NCBI GenBank assembly: GCA_963808815.1
Contig: CAWEGI010000018.1
Span: 4,664-68,663 of the forward strand
DNA: 64,000 nucleotides
Direction: 5' to 3'
From: an uncultured Actinomycetes bacterium
Lineage (GTDB): Bacteria > Actinomycetota > Thermoleophilia > Gaiellales > Gaiellaceae
The translations under genes were made by a program, and so were the position numbers. Position 1 is the stretch's first letter, and the number at the start of each line of letters is the position of its first letter. Under the pieces are notes generated by a model that saw only the letters and a program-made list of their open reading frames with translations, ran no database searches and was not told the DNA's origin. Below are positions 40,657 through 52,056 of this stretch, in pieces.

Positions 40657-41585
40657 TTCGAATCGGCCTTCCGGACGAGCACGATCACGGCCTCGAGCGT
40701 CGAGAAGTGGACGAACGGGTTGCACTGGATCTGCTTGTAGAGGTCCGTGTCGGACTGGCCGACCTGCGTCACCTGGCAGACCTGGATCCCGCGCGGGTAG
40801 AGCGACGAGAGGTCGCCGGAACGCCAGCCGGCGGTGACGAGGACGTCGCCGCGGTTCACGACCTGGTCCTTCGTCACCTGGTCGACGGTGAGCGAGTCGG
40901 AGATGCCCTGCTGAGCGATCCCGGGCGCGTTCGTGGCGATGTCGAGGACCGATACGGCGCTGGAGTCGTCGGTGAGCAGCGTCACCTGCGCCACGTTCGA
41001 CGCCACCTTCGTCACCTCGCCGACGAGGCCCTCGGCGGTGACCACCGCATCGTGCTTCGAGATCCCCTGGTTCTTCCCCGCGGAGACGACGATCTGCTGG
41101 GCGAACTGGCTCGGCGCCCGGGCGATCACGCGGGCGACGACGGGCCGGTAGTCCTGCGGGTAGCGCGGGCTCTCCAGGTAGTTGAGCTGCTGTTTGAGCT
41201 GCGCGTTCTCGCGCAGGGCCGAGACGTTGACGATCGCTTGCGACCGCAACTGGTCGACCTCCTTGCGCAGCTTCTTGTTGTCGGACTTTGCGTGCAGGAG
41301 GCCGCCGAACCAGCTCGCGGCGTCCTCGAACGGGCTGGCGACGCGGTCGGCTGCGACCTCGAACGGCCTGAGGACGCTCGCGCCGGTCGACTGCACGCTG
41401 TGCAGGAAGCCGCCGTCCGACTCGCGGAAGTAGACGGTGACGAGGGCGAGCGAGAGGACGCTGAGAATCCCGACGACGAGTCGCCGGCGCACGACCGCGT
41501 TGGCGCGGGCCGAAGGCGTGGACGTGGAACGCTGGGCAGACGATCCGATCGCGGCCACGCGCGCAGATGACCTTCCGCGGGGCAC
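40653..41585 (-). CDS. mreC: rod shape-determining protein MreC
   Basis: An N-terminal anchor, a coiled coil (LRKEVDQLRSQ...LRENAQLKQQL), then a beta-barrel region (DAVVTAEGLVGEVTKV). Confidence 0.85.
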   Translation of the reverse strand: MPRGRSSARVAAIGSSAQRSTSTPSARANAVVRRRLVVGILSVLSLALVTVYFRESDGGFLHSVQSTGASVLRPFEVAADRVASPFEDAASWFGGLLHAKSDNKKLRKEVDQLRSQAIVNVSALRENAQLKQQLNYLESPRYPQDYRPVVARVIARAPSQFAQQIVVSAGKNQGISKHDAVVTAEGLVGEVTKVASNVAQVTLLTDDSSAVSVLDIATNAPGIAQQGISDSLTVDQVTKDQVVNRGDVLVTAGWRSGDLSSLYPRGIQVCQVTQVGQSDTDLYKQIQCNPFVHFSTLEAVIVLVRKADSK

Positions 41586-41633
41586 CGAACGGCTTAGTGT
41601 AGGCGAGGCGGCGGCGGGTTGTTCCGGTCGCCG

Positions 41634-42692
41634 TTACCGGTGGTTGCTGTTGGTCGACCGACCGCGGCCCTTCCGCTGGCTGCGGTGGATGACCTCGAAC
41701 TCCTCGAGGCTCCGGCCGGAGCCGACCGCTACGCAGGTCAGCGGCGATTCGGCGAGGTGCATCGGCATGTGGGTCTCGTGGCGCAGCCGCTCGTCGAGCC
41801 CGTGCAGGAGCGCGCCGCCGCCGGCGAGGACGATCCCGCGGTCCATGATGTCCGCTGACAGCTCCGGCGGGGTCTTGTCGAGCGTCTGCTTGATCGCGTC
41901 GACGATCTGGTTGACGGGGTCCTCGAGCGCGTGCCGGACCTCTTCGGAGGAGAGGATGATCGTCTTCGGCAGACCGCTGACCAGGTCGCGGCCGCGGACC
42001 TCCGCCTGAACCTCGTCCTGCATCCCCCACGCCGAGCCGACCTCGAGCTTGATCTCCTCCGCGGTCTGCTGGCCGATCAGGAGCTTGTACTCGCGCTTGA
42101 CGTAGTTGATCACCGCCTCGTCCATCTCGTCGCCGCCGACGCGGAGGCTCTGGGAGACGACGATGCCGCCGAGCGAGATCACGGCGACCTCGGTGGTGCC
42201 GCCGCCGACGTCGACGATCATGTTCCCGGTCGGCTCCGCGATCGGCAGGCCCGCCCCGATCGCGGCGGCCATCGGCTCCTCGATCAGGTACGCCTGCCGC
42301 GCGCCGGCCGAGAGCGTCGCCTCCTCGACGGCCCGCCGCTCGACACCGGTGACGCCGGACGGGACGCAGACGACGACGCGCGGGTGGGCGAAGCGGTTCT
42401 GATGGACCTTCTGGATGAAGTGGCGGAGCATCTGCTCGGTGACGTCGAAGTCGGCGATCACGCCGTCCTTGAGCGGGCGGATCGCGGTGATCGTCCCGGG
42501 CGTCCGGCCGAGCATCCGCTTCGCCTCGACGCCGACCGCATGCACCTCGCCGGAGCGTTGGTCGATCGCCACCACGGACGGCTCGGAGAGCACGATGCCG
42601 CGGCCGCGGACGTAGACCAGCGTGTTCGCCGTCCCGAGGTCGACGGCCATGTCGCGTCCGCCGAAACCGGTCAGGTGATCGAAGAGACCCAC
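41634..42692 (-). CDS. mreB: actin-like rod shape-determining protein MreB
   Basis: [29 protein letters not shown]..., [16 protein letters not shown]. Confidence 0.95.
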   Translation of the reverse strand: MGLFDHLTGFGGRDMAVDLGTANTLVYVRGRGIVLSEPSVVAIDQRSGEVHAVGVEAKRMLGRTPGTITAIRPLKDGVIADFDVTEQMLRHFIQKVHQNRFAHPRVVVCVPSGVTGVERRAVEEATLSAGARQAYLIEEPMAAAIGAGLPIAEPTGNMIVDVGGGTTEVAVISLGGIVVSQSLRVGGDEMDEAVINYVKREYKLLIGQQTAEEIKLEVGSAWGMQDEVQAEVRGRDLVSGLPKTIILSSEEVRHALEDPVNQIVDAIKQTLDKTPPELSADIMDRGIVLAGGGALLHGLDERLRHETHMPMHLAESPLTCVAVGSGRSLEEFEVIHRSQRKGRGRSTNSNHR

Positions 42693-42735
42693 GGGGAGAG
42701 CCAGTGTACAGCCGACCCGCGATTCCCCTGCAAAG

Positions 42736-42761
42736 CAGTGACAGGCTTAAGCCTGTCACTG
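42736..42761. terminator. perfect 26-nt palindrome CAGTGACAGGCTTAAGCCTGTCACTG between maf and mreB
   Basis: An 11-bp stem with a TTAA loop, 11 nt after the maf stop and 44 nt before the mreB start. It could be a terminator, attenuator or operator. Confidence 0.5.
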
Positions 42762-42771
42762 CGGTACGCCG

Positions 42772-43365
42772 CTACCCGAAGTCGTAGGCGCCGGCGAACC
42801 GCTCGGCCAGCAGCCGCACCAGCAGCGCGGCCGGCAGGCCGACCACGTTCAGGTAGTCGCCCTCGACCCGCTCGACGAGGGCGGCGCCGCGGCCCTGGAT
42901 CGCGTAGGCGCCCGCCCGCCCCTCCCACTCGGCGGACGCCACGTACGCAGCGATGTCGCGGGCGGTCAACTGACGGAACGTCACGCGCGTCGTCTCGGTG
43001 TGCAGCTCCGCCCACGCGGGAGTGATCAGGCACAGGCCCGAGACCACCTCGTGCGTGGCGCCGCCGAGCGCGGCGAGCATCTCGGCCGCCTCTTCCGGCC
43101 CCGACGCCTTCCCGTAGACGCGCCCGCCGCAGACGACCGTCGTGTCCACGCCGAGCACGGGACGGTCGCCGGCCTCGTCCGCGACCGATCGCGCCTTCCC
43201 CTGCGCGTGAGCACGCACGAGCTCGAGGGGATCGGCGTCGGGCGGATCGTGCTCCTCGTACCGCGGTGGCACGACCACGAACGGCAGCCCGAGCTGCTCG
43301 AGGATGGCGCGCCGCTGCGGCGAGGTCGAGGCGAGGAGCAGCGGCGGCGCGGGAGGGGCGCTCAC
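42772..43365 (-). CDS. maf: Maf-like nucleoside triphosphate pyrophosphatase
   Basis: LLLASTSPQRRAILEQLGLPF, GAYAIQGRGAALVERVEGDYLNVVGLP. Confidence 0.85.
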   Translation of the reverse strand: MSAPPAPPLLLASTSPQRRAILEQLGLPFVVVPPRYEEHDPPDADPLELVRAHAQGKARSVADEAGDRPVLGVDTTVVCGGRVYGKASGPEEAAEMLAALGGATHEVVSGLCLITPAWAELHTETTRVTFRQLTARDIAAYVASAEWEGRAGAYAIQGRGAALVERVEGDYLNVVGLPAALLVRLLAERFAGAYDFG

Positions 43366-44135
43366 GCGACCTTGCGGGCCTTCCACATCTCCTCGGCAGG
43401 CCAGCGCTCGGCCCACTCCGGCGTGAACACGTTGTAGCGGCCGCTGCCGCGCCCCGGGTTGCGGAGCTCGACCAGCCTCTCGACCTCGAAGCCGTGCGAG
43501 GTGAGCACGCGGATCCAGTCGCCGTAGCCCAGGTGAAAGTCGATGGCGTCGTCCGACTCCCACTCGAACCGGCGCATGCCGAAGTAGGGACGAAGGAGCT
43601 CCCGACCCGCCGGCTCGACCGGATCGACGTCCGGCGACGTGAGCATCAGCAGGGTCCCGTTGACGAGAAAGACGAGCTCGCCGTCCGGCCGGAGCAGCCG
43701 CGCTGCCTCGGCGACCCAGAGGTCGGGATCGCACCAGATGCTCGCGCCGTACTCGGAGACCGCCAGGTCGAACGACGCATCCGGCAGCGGCACATCCTCG
43801 GCGCTGGCGTGGACGAGGGGGAAGTCGAGCCCGTGCTTCGCCTGCATCCGGCGGGCAGTCTCGAGCTGTTCGGCGGTCAGGTCGACGCCGACCGGGCGCG
43901 CTCCGCGACGGGCGAGCCAGGCCGACACGTACGCGGTGCCGCAGCCCAGCTCGACCACGTCCTTGCCGTCGACGTTCGGCAGGATCAGGACCTCGCTCTC
44001 GGGCACGCCCAGGATCCCCCACGTGATCTCGTCCGTCGCCCAGTTCCGCTCGGCGCCGGCGACGTAGCTCGCCGCCTCCTTGGCCCAGGATTCCCGGTTG
44101 GCGGCGGCGTGCTCGGTCAGCCCGTCTTCCGGCAT
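43362..44135 (-). CDS. class I SAM-dependent methyltransferase (paralog 1)
   Basis: VVELGCGTAYVS motif I. 257 aa. Confidence 0.8.
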   Translation of the reverse strand: MPEDGLTEHAAANRESWAKEAASYVAGAERNWATDEITWGILGVPESEVLILPNVDGKDVVELGCGTAYVSAWLARRGARPVGVDLTAEQLETARRMQAKHGLDFPLVHASAEDVPLPDASFDLAVSEYGASIWCDPDLWVAEAARLLRPDGELVFLVNGTLLMLTSPDVDPVEPAGRELLRPYFGMRRFEWESDDAIDFHLGYGDWIRVLTSHGFEVERLVELRNPGRGSGRYNVFTPEWAERWPAEEMWKARKVA

Positions 44136-44881
44136 CGCCAGATCTCCTCCATCGGCCACGAGCGCGCCCACTCGGTCTCCTCCGCGGTCCGGTACGTCGA
44201 GTCGGCGCCTTCGGGCGGTCGCACCTCGACCAGTGTCTCGATCCGGAAGCCGTTCTCGCGGAACAGCCGGATCCACTCGCCGTACGGGAGGTTGAACTCG
44301 ACGGGCTCGTCCGGTAGCTCGTCGTAGCGGTGCATGCCGAAGTACGGAGTCAAGAGCCGCCGCTGCATCGTCTCGGCCTCGTCGTCGAAGCAGCACATCG
44401 CCAGCGGCGTGGAGTGCGAGAACGCGAGCAGCCCACCCGGCCGCAGCAGCCGCGCGGCTTCCGGGACCGTGCGGTAGGGATCGGCGAAGGTCATCGCCCC
44501 GTGGTCGCAGAAGACGACGTCGAGGCTCGCGTCCGGGAGCGGCACCTCGTCGGCGCTGGCGTGGACGAGGGGAAAGTCGACGCCGGCCGCGGCCATCAGT
44601 TCGCGCGCGTGCTCGAGCTGGCGGCCGGAGTTGTCGAGGCCGACAACGCGCGCCCCACGCCGGGCGAGGAGGATCGACCACTGGGCCGCGCCGCAGCCGA
44701 GCTCGAGCACGTCCTTGCCGTCGACGTCGCCGAGGATCCCGAGCTCGGAGTCGGGAAGCTGCCACATCCCCCACCGCGGCTCGTCCTCCCGCCCGATGAA
44801 CTCGGCGTTCCGTTCCTGGTACTCGTCGCTGCGGCGATCCCAGTTCGCGCGGTTGTGCGCGGCGTCAGGCGAGATCGCCAT
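44117..44881 (-). CDS. class I SAM-dependent methyltransferase (paralog 2)
   Basis: [12 protein letters not shown] motif I. Colinear similarity to the downstream neighbour (DFPLVHASA[ED][ED]VPLPDAS, AARLLRPxG, PYFGM[RH]R). Confidence 0.8.
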   Translation of the reverse strand: MAISPDAAHNRANWDRRSDEYQERNAEFIGREDEPRWGMWQLPDSELGILGDVDGKDVLELGCGAAQWSILLARRGARVVGLDNSGRQLEHARELMAAAGVDFPLVHASADEVPLPDASLDVVFCDHGAMTFADPYRTVPEAARLLRPGGLLAFSHSTPLAMCCFDDEAETMQRRLLTPYFGMHRYDELPDEPVEFNLPYGEWIRLFRENGFRIETLVEVRPPEGADSTYRTAEETEWARSWPMEEIWRCRKTG

Positions 44882-45284
44882 CGTCGAACCACAACGCGAC
44901 CTCGCGCGCGGCCGACTCCGGCGAATCCGAGCCGTGCACGAGGTTGTCCGGCATGGAGAGCGCGAGGTCGCCTCGGATCGTCCCGGGCGCCGAGTCGGCG
45001 GGGTTCGTCGAGCCCATCGTGGAGCGGACGACGGCGATCGCCCCCTCGCCCTCGAGCACGAGCGCGAGCGTCGGCGCGGAGGTGATGAACTCGACGAGCT
45101 CGCCGAAGAACGGCTTCTCGGCATGCTCGGCGTAGTGCTGCTCGGCCAGCCCGCGGTCGACGGTGAGCAGCCGGCCGGCGCGCATCGCGAGGCCGCGGGC
45201 CTCGAAGCGGCTGAGGATCTCGCCGGCCAGGCCTCGCCCGACGGCATCCGGCTTGATCAGGACGAGAGTGCGCTCGACCGGCAT
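44865..45284 (-). CDS. ndk: nucleoside diphosphate kinase
   Basis: [20 protein letters not shown] (active-site His). Confidence 0.9.
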   Translation of the reverse strand: MPVERTLVLIKPDAVGRGLAGEILSRFEARGLAMRAGRLLTVDRGLAEQHYAEHAEKPFFGELVEFITSAPTLALVLEGEGAIAVVRSTMGSTNPADSAPGTIRGDLALSMPDNLVHGSDSPESAAREVALWFDDGDLA

Positions 45285-45917
45285 CGCGGCCGAGTCTACT
45301 GGTCGCTGCTCGGAGTCTCGGCCGTGTCTTCCGCATAGCCGCCCGCCGTGCGGGCGGGGCATGCGCAGCGGCTCGTGGAGGGTGTCGGGAGCAATCGTCT
45401 CGTCGAACACGGACGAGCGGCGGACGATCGGCGTCTCGCAGAAGGGGCACACCTGCCAGAGCGGCTCGAGCGGAGCCTTGCAGCTGACGCAGGCCTGCTT
45501 CAGCTTCGTCGTGCAGACCGGGCAGACCAGGTACTCCGGCTCCACCGCGGCGCGGCACACCGGGCAGTGGGAGAGCCGGGTCCCGAGCTGCTCCTCCATC
45601 GCGCGCAGGCCGAGCTCTCGCTCGCGGACGTCCTCGAGGTACTCCGGCGGTCGGAAGAAGAGGTACACGAGCGGACCGATGAACGGCGGCACGAGGCCGA
45701 GCAGCGTCGCCATCGCCACCAGCCACGGATCGTCGATCCGCCGGCGCGCGTCCTTGTACACCCAGTACGCGCTGGCCAGCCAGAAGACGATGACGAAGAG
45801 CACCCCCAGCTTCCAGGTCACCGACCACGTGTCGGAGTGGAAGAAGTCGTTCACGCCGTCGAAGACGCCGTCGCCGGTGGTGGTGGTCGTGTTGTCGGCG
45901 AAGAGGACGAAGTTCAT
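45285..45917 (-). CDS. membrane protein with a PLD-nuclease-N-like TM hairpin and a double zinc ribbon; no in-frame stop before ndk
   Basis: [26 protein letters not shown], and three or four CPxC/CxxC pairs (CPVCRA, CPVCTT, CVSCKA, CPFCET). The frame runs straight into the ndk ATG. Confidence 0.6.
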
Positions 45918-45982
45918 GGCTCAGAGCAAGAGCTTCCCGACGACGTACCCCACCGCGAACGCAAGTCCTGCAAAAGCCGCGA

Positions 45983-47125
45983 TCACGATGGCGGCGAAGA
46001 CGAAGACGCTGAGTCGCGTCCCGTGTTGGATGGTACGCCTTCGCCGAGCCCGGCGAGGTCTGCCAGCAGGTACAGCGACCCCGTGACGAGGACCGCGCCG
46101 TGCGGCCCGGCGATCGCGCGAGCGGCGGCGAGCGCGGCGGCGGGGTTCTGCTCCTGCTCCGTTCTCGTGAACCATCGGCTGCCAAGCCTTGCAAGTTCGG
46201 CCGCGGGAAGCGCGCGGGTGTTGCTCGACGCGGTTGCGACCAGCGTATCGCCGAGCGCCGAGAGCGCCGCCAGCATGCCGTCCTCGTCCTTGTCGCGGAG
46301 AATCGAGGCGACGACGACGTAGCGGCGGTCCGGGACGCGCGGGAGCAGCCAGCCGACGCCGTCGAGGTTGTGGGCGCCGTCCCAGATCTCGAGCGGAGCC
46401 TCTCCCCGCCGCTCGAGGCGACCCGGCAACGTAACGGCGTCTGCGGCCGACGCGTCGACGGGACGGCCGAGGTAGGTCTCTGCCGCGGCAACGGCCAGGG
46501 CGAGGTTGCTGCGACCGGTCAGCACGACCGTGCCGGCGCCCGACGAGCGCGCCAGGGCCTGCCACTCGGGCTCGCAGAGGACGACGGCGGCACCCTGCCC
46601 GACGACCGCAAGCTTCTCCGCGGCGATCTCCTCCCGCGTCTCGCCCAGTTGCTCGGTGTGGTCGAGGCCGACGTTGGTGAGCACCACCACCGGGGCACGG
46701 AGCACGTTCGTCGCGTCGAGCCTGCCCCCGAGCCCCGCCTCGACCACCGCCACGTCGACCTCGGCAGCCGCGAACTCGGACAGGGCGGCCGCGGTCAGCG
46801 CTTCGAACTGGGTCGCGCCCAGGCGTTCGGCCGCCGGGCGAACGCGGGTGACCGCCCGCTCGAACCCCGCCGCGTCGGTGTCGAGCCGTTCATGCCACCC
46901 GGACACATGAGGCGAGGTGTACGCGGCGACGCGAAGCCCTGCGCCCCGGAGGACGGCTGCCGTCAGCCGGGTGGTCGTCGACTTGCCGTTCGTGCCGACC
47001 ACGTGCACCGACAGGAAGGCGAGCTGCGGGTCGCCGAGCTCGGCGAGCAGCGCGCGCATGCGCTCGAGCCCGAACTCCTCGGGCCACGGTGAGAGCGACT
47101 GGATCCACTCAATCGGAGATTGCAT
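45983..47125 (-). CDS. folC: folylpolyglutamate synthase / dihydrofolate synthase
   Basis: HVVGTNGKSTTT P-loop, VEAGLGGRLDATN, DGAHN. The ATG at 47125 overlaps the valS end by 17 nt. Confidence 0.85.
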   Translation of the reverse strand: MQSPIEWIQSLSPWPEEFGLERMRALLAELGDPQLAFLSVHVVGTNGKSTTTRLTAAVLRGAGLRVAAYTSPHVSGWHERLDTDAAGFERAVTRVRPAAERLGATQFEALTAAALSEFAAAEVDVAVVEAGLGGRLDATNVLRAPVVVLTNVGLDHTEQLGETREEIAAEKLAVVGQGAAVVLCEPEWQALARSSGAGTVVLTGRSNLALAVAAAETYLGRPVDASAADAVTLPGRLERRGEAPLEIWDGAHNLDGVGWLLPRVPDRRYVVVASILRDKDEDGMLAALSALGDTLVATASSNTRALPAAELARLGSRWFTRTEQEQNPAAALAAARAIAGPHGAVLVTGSLYLLADLAGLGEGVPSNTGRDSASSSSPPS

Positions 47126-49515
47126 CGAGCTCGCGGCGGTAGCGAGCGAGCTTTTCCCGCTCCGCATCGACGACCTCGGCGGGCGCGTTCTGCACGAAAC
47201 GCTCGTTGGCGAGCATCTTCTCGGCCCGGGCGATCTCGCCGTGAAGCCGCTCGCGCTCGGCGTCGACGTTGCCGTTCGCCTTCTGCCGCTCGGGCTTGAC
47301 GACGACCTCGAAGATGCGCTTCTCGTCGCCGGAGAGCGGGACGAGCACGCCGCTGCGCCTGAACGTGGCGGCGGCGGACTGGACGGCGTCGAGCGCACCC
47401 GCCTCGGCTTCGTCGCCGGCCTCCGGCCAGGCCGCGACGATCAAGCGTGACGTGCGGGCCGGCAGGTTCGTCCAGATCTCTTCCGTCACGTGGGGCATGG
47501 CCGGGTGGAGCAGCTTCAGCAGGCGTTCCAGCGCTGCGAGCGCCGTCGCCCGCGCGTCGGCGTCGCCGCCGTACAGCCGCGGCTTGATCGCCTCCGCGTA
47601 CCAGTCGCAGAAGTCGTCGAAGGTCAGGTGGTACAGCTCGTCGACGAGGTGGGAGAAGTCGAATGCGGCAAGGTACCCCTCGATCTGTCTCTGGGATTGC
47701 GAGAGGCGGGCGAGAATCCACCGTTCTTCGAGCGAAGTCGGTCGCTCCTCCACCTCGTCGCCTGCTGCGGACAGCAGCAGGCGACTCGCGGACCAGAGCT
47801 TCTGCGCGAGCTTCCGGCCTTCCTCGATGGCGCCCTCCGAGAAGGTCACGTCTTGCGACGAGGCCATCTTCATGAGCCCGTAACGAGTGGCGTCCGCACC
47901 GTACCCCTCGATCAGGGCGAGCGGGTTCATCCCCGTGCCCAGGCTCTTCGACATCCGGCCGCCGGTCGGCGCGTGGACCAGCGAGTGGATGACGACGTCC
48001 GAGAACGGCACGTCGCCCATCAGCTCGAGCCCGGAGAAGATCATCCGGTTCTCCCAGAGACGGATGATGTCGCGGGCGGTCGTGTTCAGATCGCCGGGGT
48101 AGAACGTGCGCAGGTCTTCGGTGTCGTCGGGCCAGCCGAGCGTGGCGAAGGGCCAGAGCGCCGACGAGAACCACGTGTCGAGCACGTCCTCGCTCCGCGT
48201 CAGCTCGGCGGAACCGCACTCGGCGCACGCGGAAGGCGCCTCCTCGGCGCAGGTCCAGTGGCCGTCGGGGCACTGCCAGAGCGGTAGCTGGTGCCCCCAC
48301 CAGATCTGCCGGGAGATGTTCCAGTCGGGCGCCTCCTCGAGCGACGAGATCGCGAAGCGGTGCTGCGACTCGGGATGGAAGCGGACGCGGCCGGAGCGCA
48401 GCGCCTCCAGCGCCGGCCGCTTGAGCCCCTCCATCGAGCACCACCACTGCGGCGAGATCAGCGGCTCGATCCTCGTCTTGCAGCGGTCGCAGAGCGCGAC
48501 CGTGTGCCGGTACGACTCGCGCTTGTCCAGCTGGTCGCGCTCGCGCAGCCAGGCGAGGATCCGCTCCTCCGCCTCGTCCTGGGTCAGGCCGTCGAGCCCG
48601 CCCGACTCGGCATTCATCCGGCCGTCCGGTCCGATCACGGTCAGCTCCGGCAGGTCGTGGTCTCGGCCGATCTCGTAGTCCTTGGCGTCGTGGCCGGGCG
48701 TCACCTTCAAGGCGCCGGTGCCGAAGTCGAGCTCGACGCGTTCGTCGGCGACCACCGGCACGCGGCGCTCGACCCAGGGCACGACCACCTCGCGCCCGAC
48801 CAGCTCGCGGTAGCGCTCGTCGTCGGGATGGACGGCCACCGCGACGTCGGCGGGGATCGTCGCCACCCTCGCGGTGGCGATCGTGATGTGCCCATCTCCC
48901 TCGGCCAGCGGATAGCGAACGTAGGTGAGCGCGTCGTCGACGTCCTCGTGCGCGAGCTCGAGGTCGGACAGCGAGGTCAGATGAAACGGGCACCAGTTGA
49001 CGATCCGGTTGGCGCGGTAGATCCACCCCTTCTCCCACAGGTGGACGAAGAAGCGCATCACCGCCCGGACGTACGCCTCGTCCATCGTGAACCGCTCGCG
49101 GCGGTAGTCGAGCGAGGCGCCGATCCGCCGGAACTGGAACATGATCTTGCCGCCGTACTCGCGGAGCCAGGCCCAGACGAGTTCGACGAATGCCTCGCGG
49201 CCCAGATCCTGGCGCGACTTCCCGTCCGCCGCGAGGTGCTTCTCGACGGCGTTCTGCGTGGAGATGCCGGCGTGGTCGTACCCGGGCTGGAACAGGACGT
49301 TGAACCCCTGCATCCTGCGCGTCCGGACGATCGTGTCGGCGAGTGAGAGCTGGAGCGCGTGGCCGAGGTGCAGGTCTCCGGTCACGTTCGGCGGCGGGTG
49401 CGCGATCGCGAAGCTCTCGGCGGCTCGGATCCGGGTCGGCCTCGTACAGGCCTTCCTCCTCCCAGGTGCGCTGCCAGCGTTCCTCGACGCCTTCTGGGCT
49501 GTACAGCGACTCCAT
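47109..49515 (-). CDS. valS: valyl-tRNA synthetase, frame broken near codon 32 (about 49419-49427)
   Basis: MESLYSPEGVEERWQRTWEEEGLYEADPDPS (frame of ORF 46963..49515) continues as AESFAIAHPPPNVTGDLHLGHA (frame of ORF 47109..49733). KMSKS is present. Confidence 0.9.
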
Positions 49516-49561
49516 GCGCCCATTCTACGGAGCGCTGTCGTCCGCCCTTCGGGGTTTACTT

Positions 49562-49667
49562 GGATCCGAAAATGTGGATAATGGGATCCAATATGACCGG
49601 CTATCAGCGCATCAGCCGCTATTTTCGCCGTTCTAGGATCCGAAATCGATCGCGTTCGTATCCTAGC
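49562..49667. promoter_or_regulatory. AT-richer valS-aceA intergenic region with three GGATCC-centred repeats and a 34-nt hairpin
   Basis: GGATCCGAAAAT (49562), GGATCCAATAT (49584), GGATCCGAAATC (49636). CTAGGAT..ATCCTAG arms lie at 49634-49640 and 49661-49667. Confidence 0.35.
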
Positions 49668-49756
49668 CAGGGCGCAGTTCCAACCGCCTCGCTCGCAGAG
49701 TGCACCTGTCCCGAGTTCTGCGAGCGCGACCACGACAACGAGTAGAGAGGAGCCGC

Positions 49757-51013
<1,257 letters not shown>

Positions 51014-51021
51014 GAGGAGAC

Positions 51022-51264
51022 GTGATGTCGACCGTTGAGCTGACCAGGGAATCCGACGGCCCCGGGCTGGTCGCCGCGCTCGCCGAGCAGGGCCTGACCG
51101 CCGAGGTCGTCGACGACCAGGAACACCTCGCCGTCCAGGTCGAGGACTGCGACGAGGAAGCGCTCGCCCACGCCATCGAGGGCTGGCTCGGCGAGCGGAG
51201 GCTGCCGTTCGTCCCGGTGCGGATCGACGACTGCACCTACGCGGTCGCGCCGCCTGCCGGCTGA
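51022..51264 (+). CDS. small acidic hypothetical protein (80 aa)
   Basis: Starts 8 nt after the aceA stop. High GC3. Confidence 0.4.
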   Translation: MMSTVELTRESDGPGLVAALAEQGLTAEVVDDQEHLAVQVEDCDEEALAHAIEGWLGERRLPFVPVRIDDCTYAVAPPAG

Positions 51265-51283
51265 TCGTCCTACACTGACCGGC

Positions 51284-52006
51284 ATGGCAACGGTCGGCAC
51301 GAAGGCCGACGACCTCGCGCTGGCACTCGAGGAGGCGATCGTCTCCGGCGAGATCGCGCCGGGGACGGTCCTGCGCCAGGAGCAGCTCTCCGAGCAGTAC
51401 CGGGTCTCGCGCACTCCGGTTCGGGAGGCGCTACGACGTCTCGCTGCGCTCGGGCTCGTCTCGTTCGTCCCGAACCGCGGCGTACGGGTGCGGACGCTCT
51501 CCCGCGAGGAACTGCGCGAGGCGTTTCTCGTCCGGGCCGAGCTCGAGAGCCTCGCCACCGAGCTTGCCACGCCGCGGATCACCGCCGAGGGGCTGGCGGC
51601 GCTCGACGAGGCGGAGAAGCGCTTCGCGAAGCTGACGCTCGAGCTACGGCGCCGTTCGCGCGAGGGCACCCAGGACGGTGCGCTCGTGGCGAGCTGGGTC
51701 TCGGCCAACCACGCCTTCCACGACGTGATCTACGCTGCCGCCGACGCGCCGTTCGTCGAGCGGCTCGCGAAGAGCGCACGGCGCAGCTTCTTCTCGCACG
51801 TCGTCTGGGCCGCGGGCCTCGACATCGACCACCTGTACGAGCAGAACGATGCCCAGCACCGCGCGATCCGCGAGGCGATCGCGGCCCGCAGCGCCCAGGG
51901 CGCCCGCTTGCTCGCCCGCGAGCACGTCCTCTCGTCGGGCCGCATGCTGGAGACGATCCTCGATCAGGTGCAGGACCGGCAGGCGGCGGAGCTCAGAAGC
52001 GCCTGA
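51284..52006 (+). CDS. GntR-family (FadR/FCD-type) transcriptional regulator
   Basis: An N-terminal winged HTH (LRQEQLSEQYRVSRTPVREALRRLAALGLV) plus a helical FCD-like C-terminal domain. Confidence 0.85.
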   Translation: MATVGTKADDLALALEEAIVSGEIAPGTVLRQEQLSEQYRVSRTPVREALRRLAALGLVSFVPNRGVRVRTLSREELREAFLVRAELESLATELATPRITAEGLAALDEAEKRFAKLTLELRRRSREGTQDGALVASWVSANHAFHDVIYAAADAPFVERLAKSARRSFFSHVVWAAGLDIDHLYEQNDAQHRAIREAIAARSAQGARLLAREHVLSSGRMLETILDQVQDRQAAELRSA

Positions 52007-52056
52007 CGCGCGCCTCCAAGAGCACTGCCGGGCTGAAGCCTGAACCTCTGTGTCGC

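Noticed and set aside
40141-42759. 872-aa ORF spanning mreD, mreC and mreB
   Set aside because: Only the C-terminal 171 aa (MreD) look like protein. The rest is an Arg/Pro/Gly-rich alternate frame of mreC and mreB, typical of stop-poor high-GC DNA. The same reasoning applies to 7787..9772, 5241..5840, 31212..32249, 36901..37629, 42772..44022 (upstream part), 43362..44774 (upstream part) and 44596..46491.
45921-46050. Hydrophobic micro-ORF (..LSVFVFAAIVIAAFAGLAFAVGYVVGKLLL) between folC and the zinc-ribbon gene
   Set aside because: The TM-like segment is attractive. However, the only start that does not lie deep inside folC is a GTG overlapping the folC stop, which gives just 21 aa and begins mid-helix. 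It may reflect another frame error at the folC 3' end, so it was not called.
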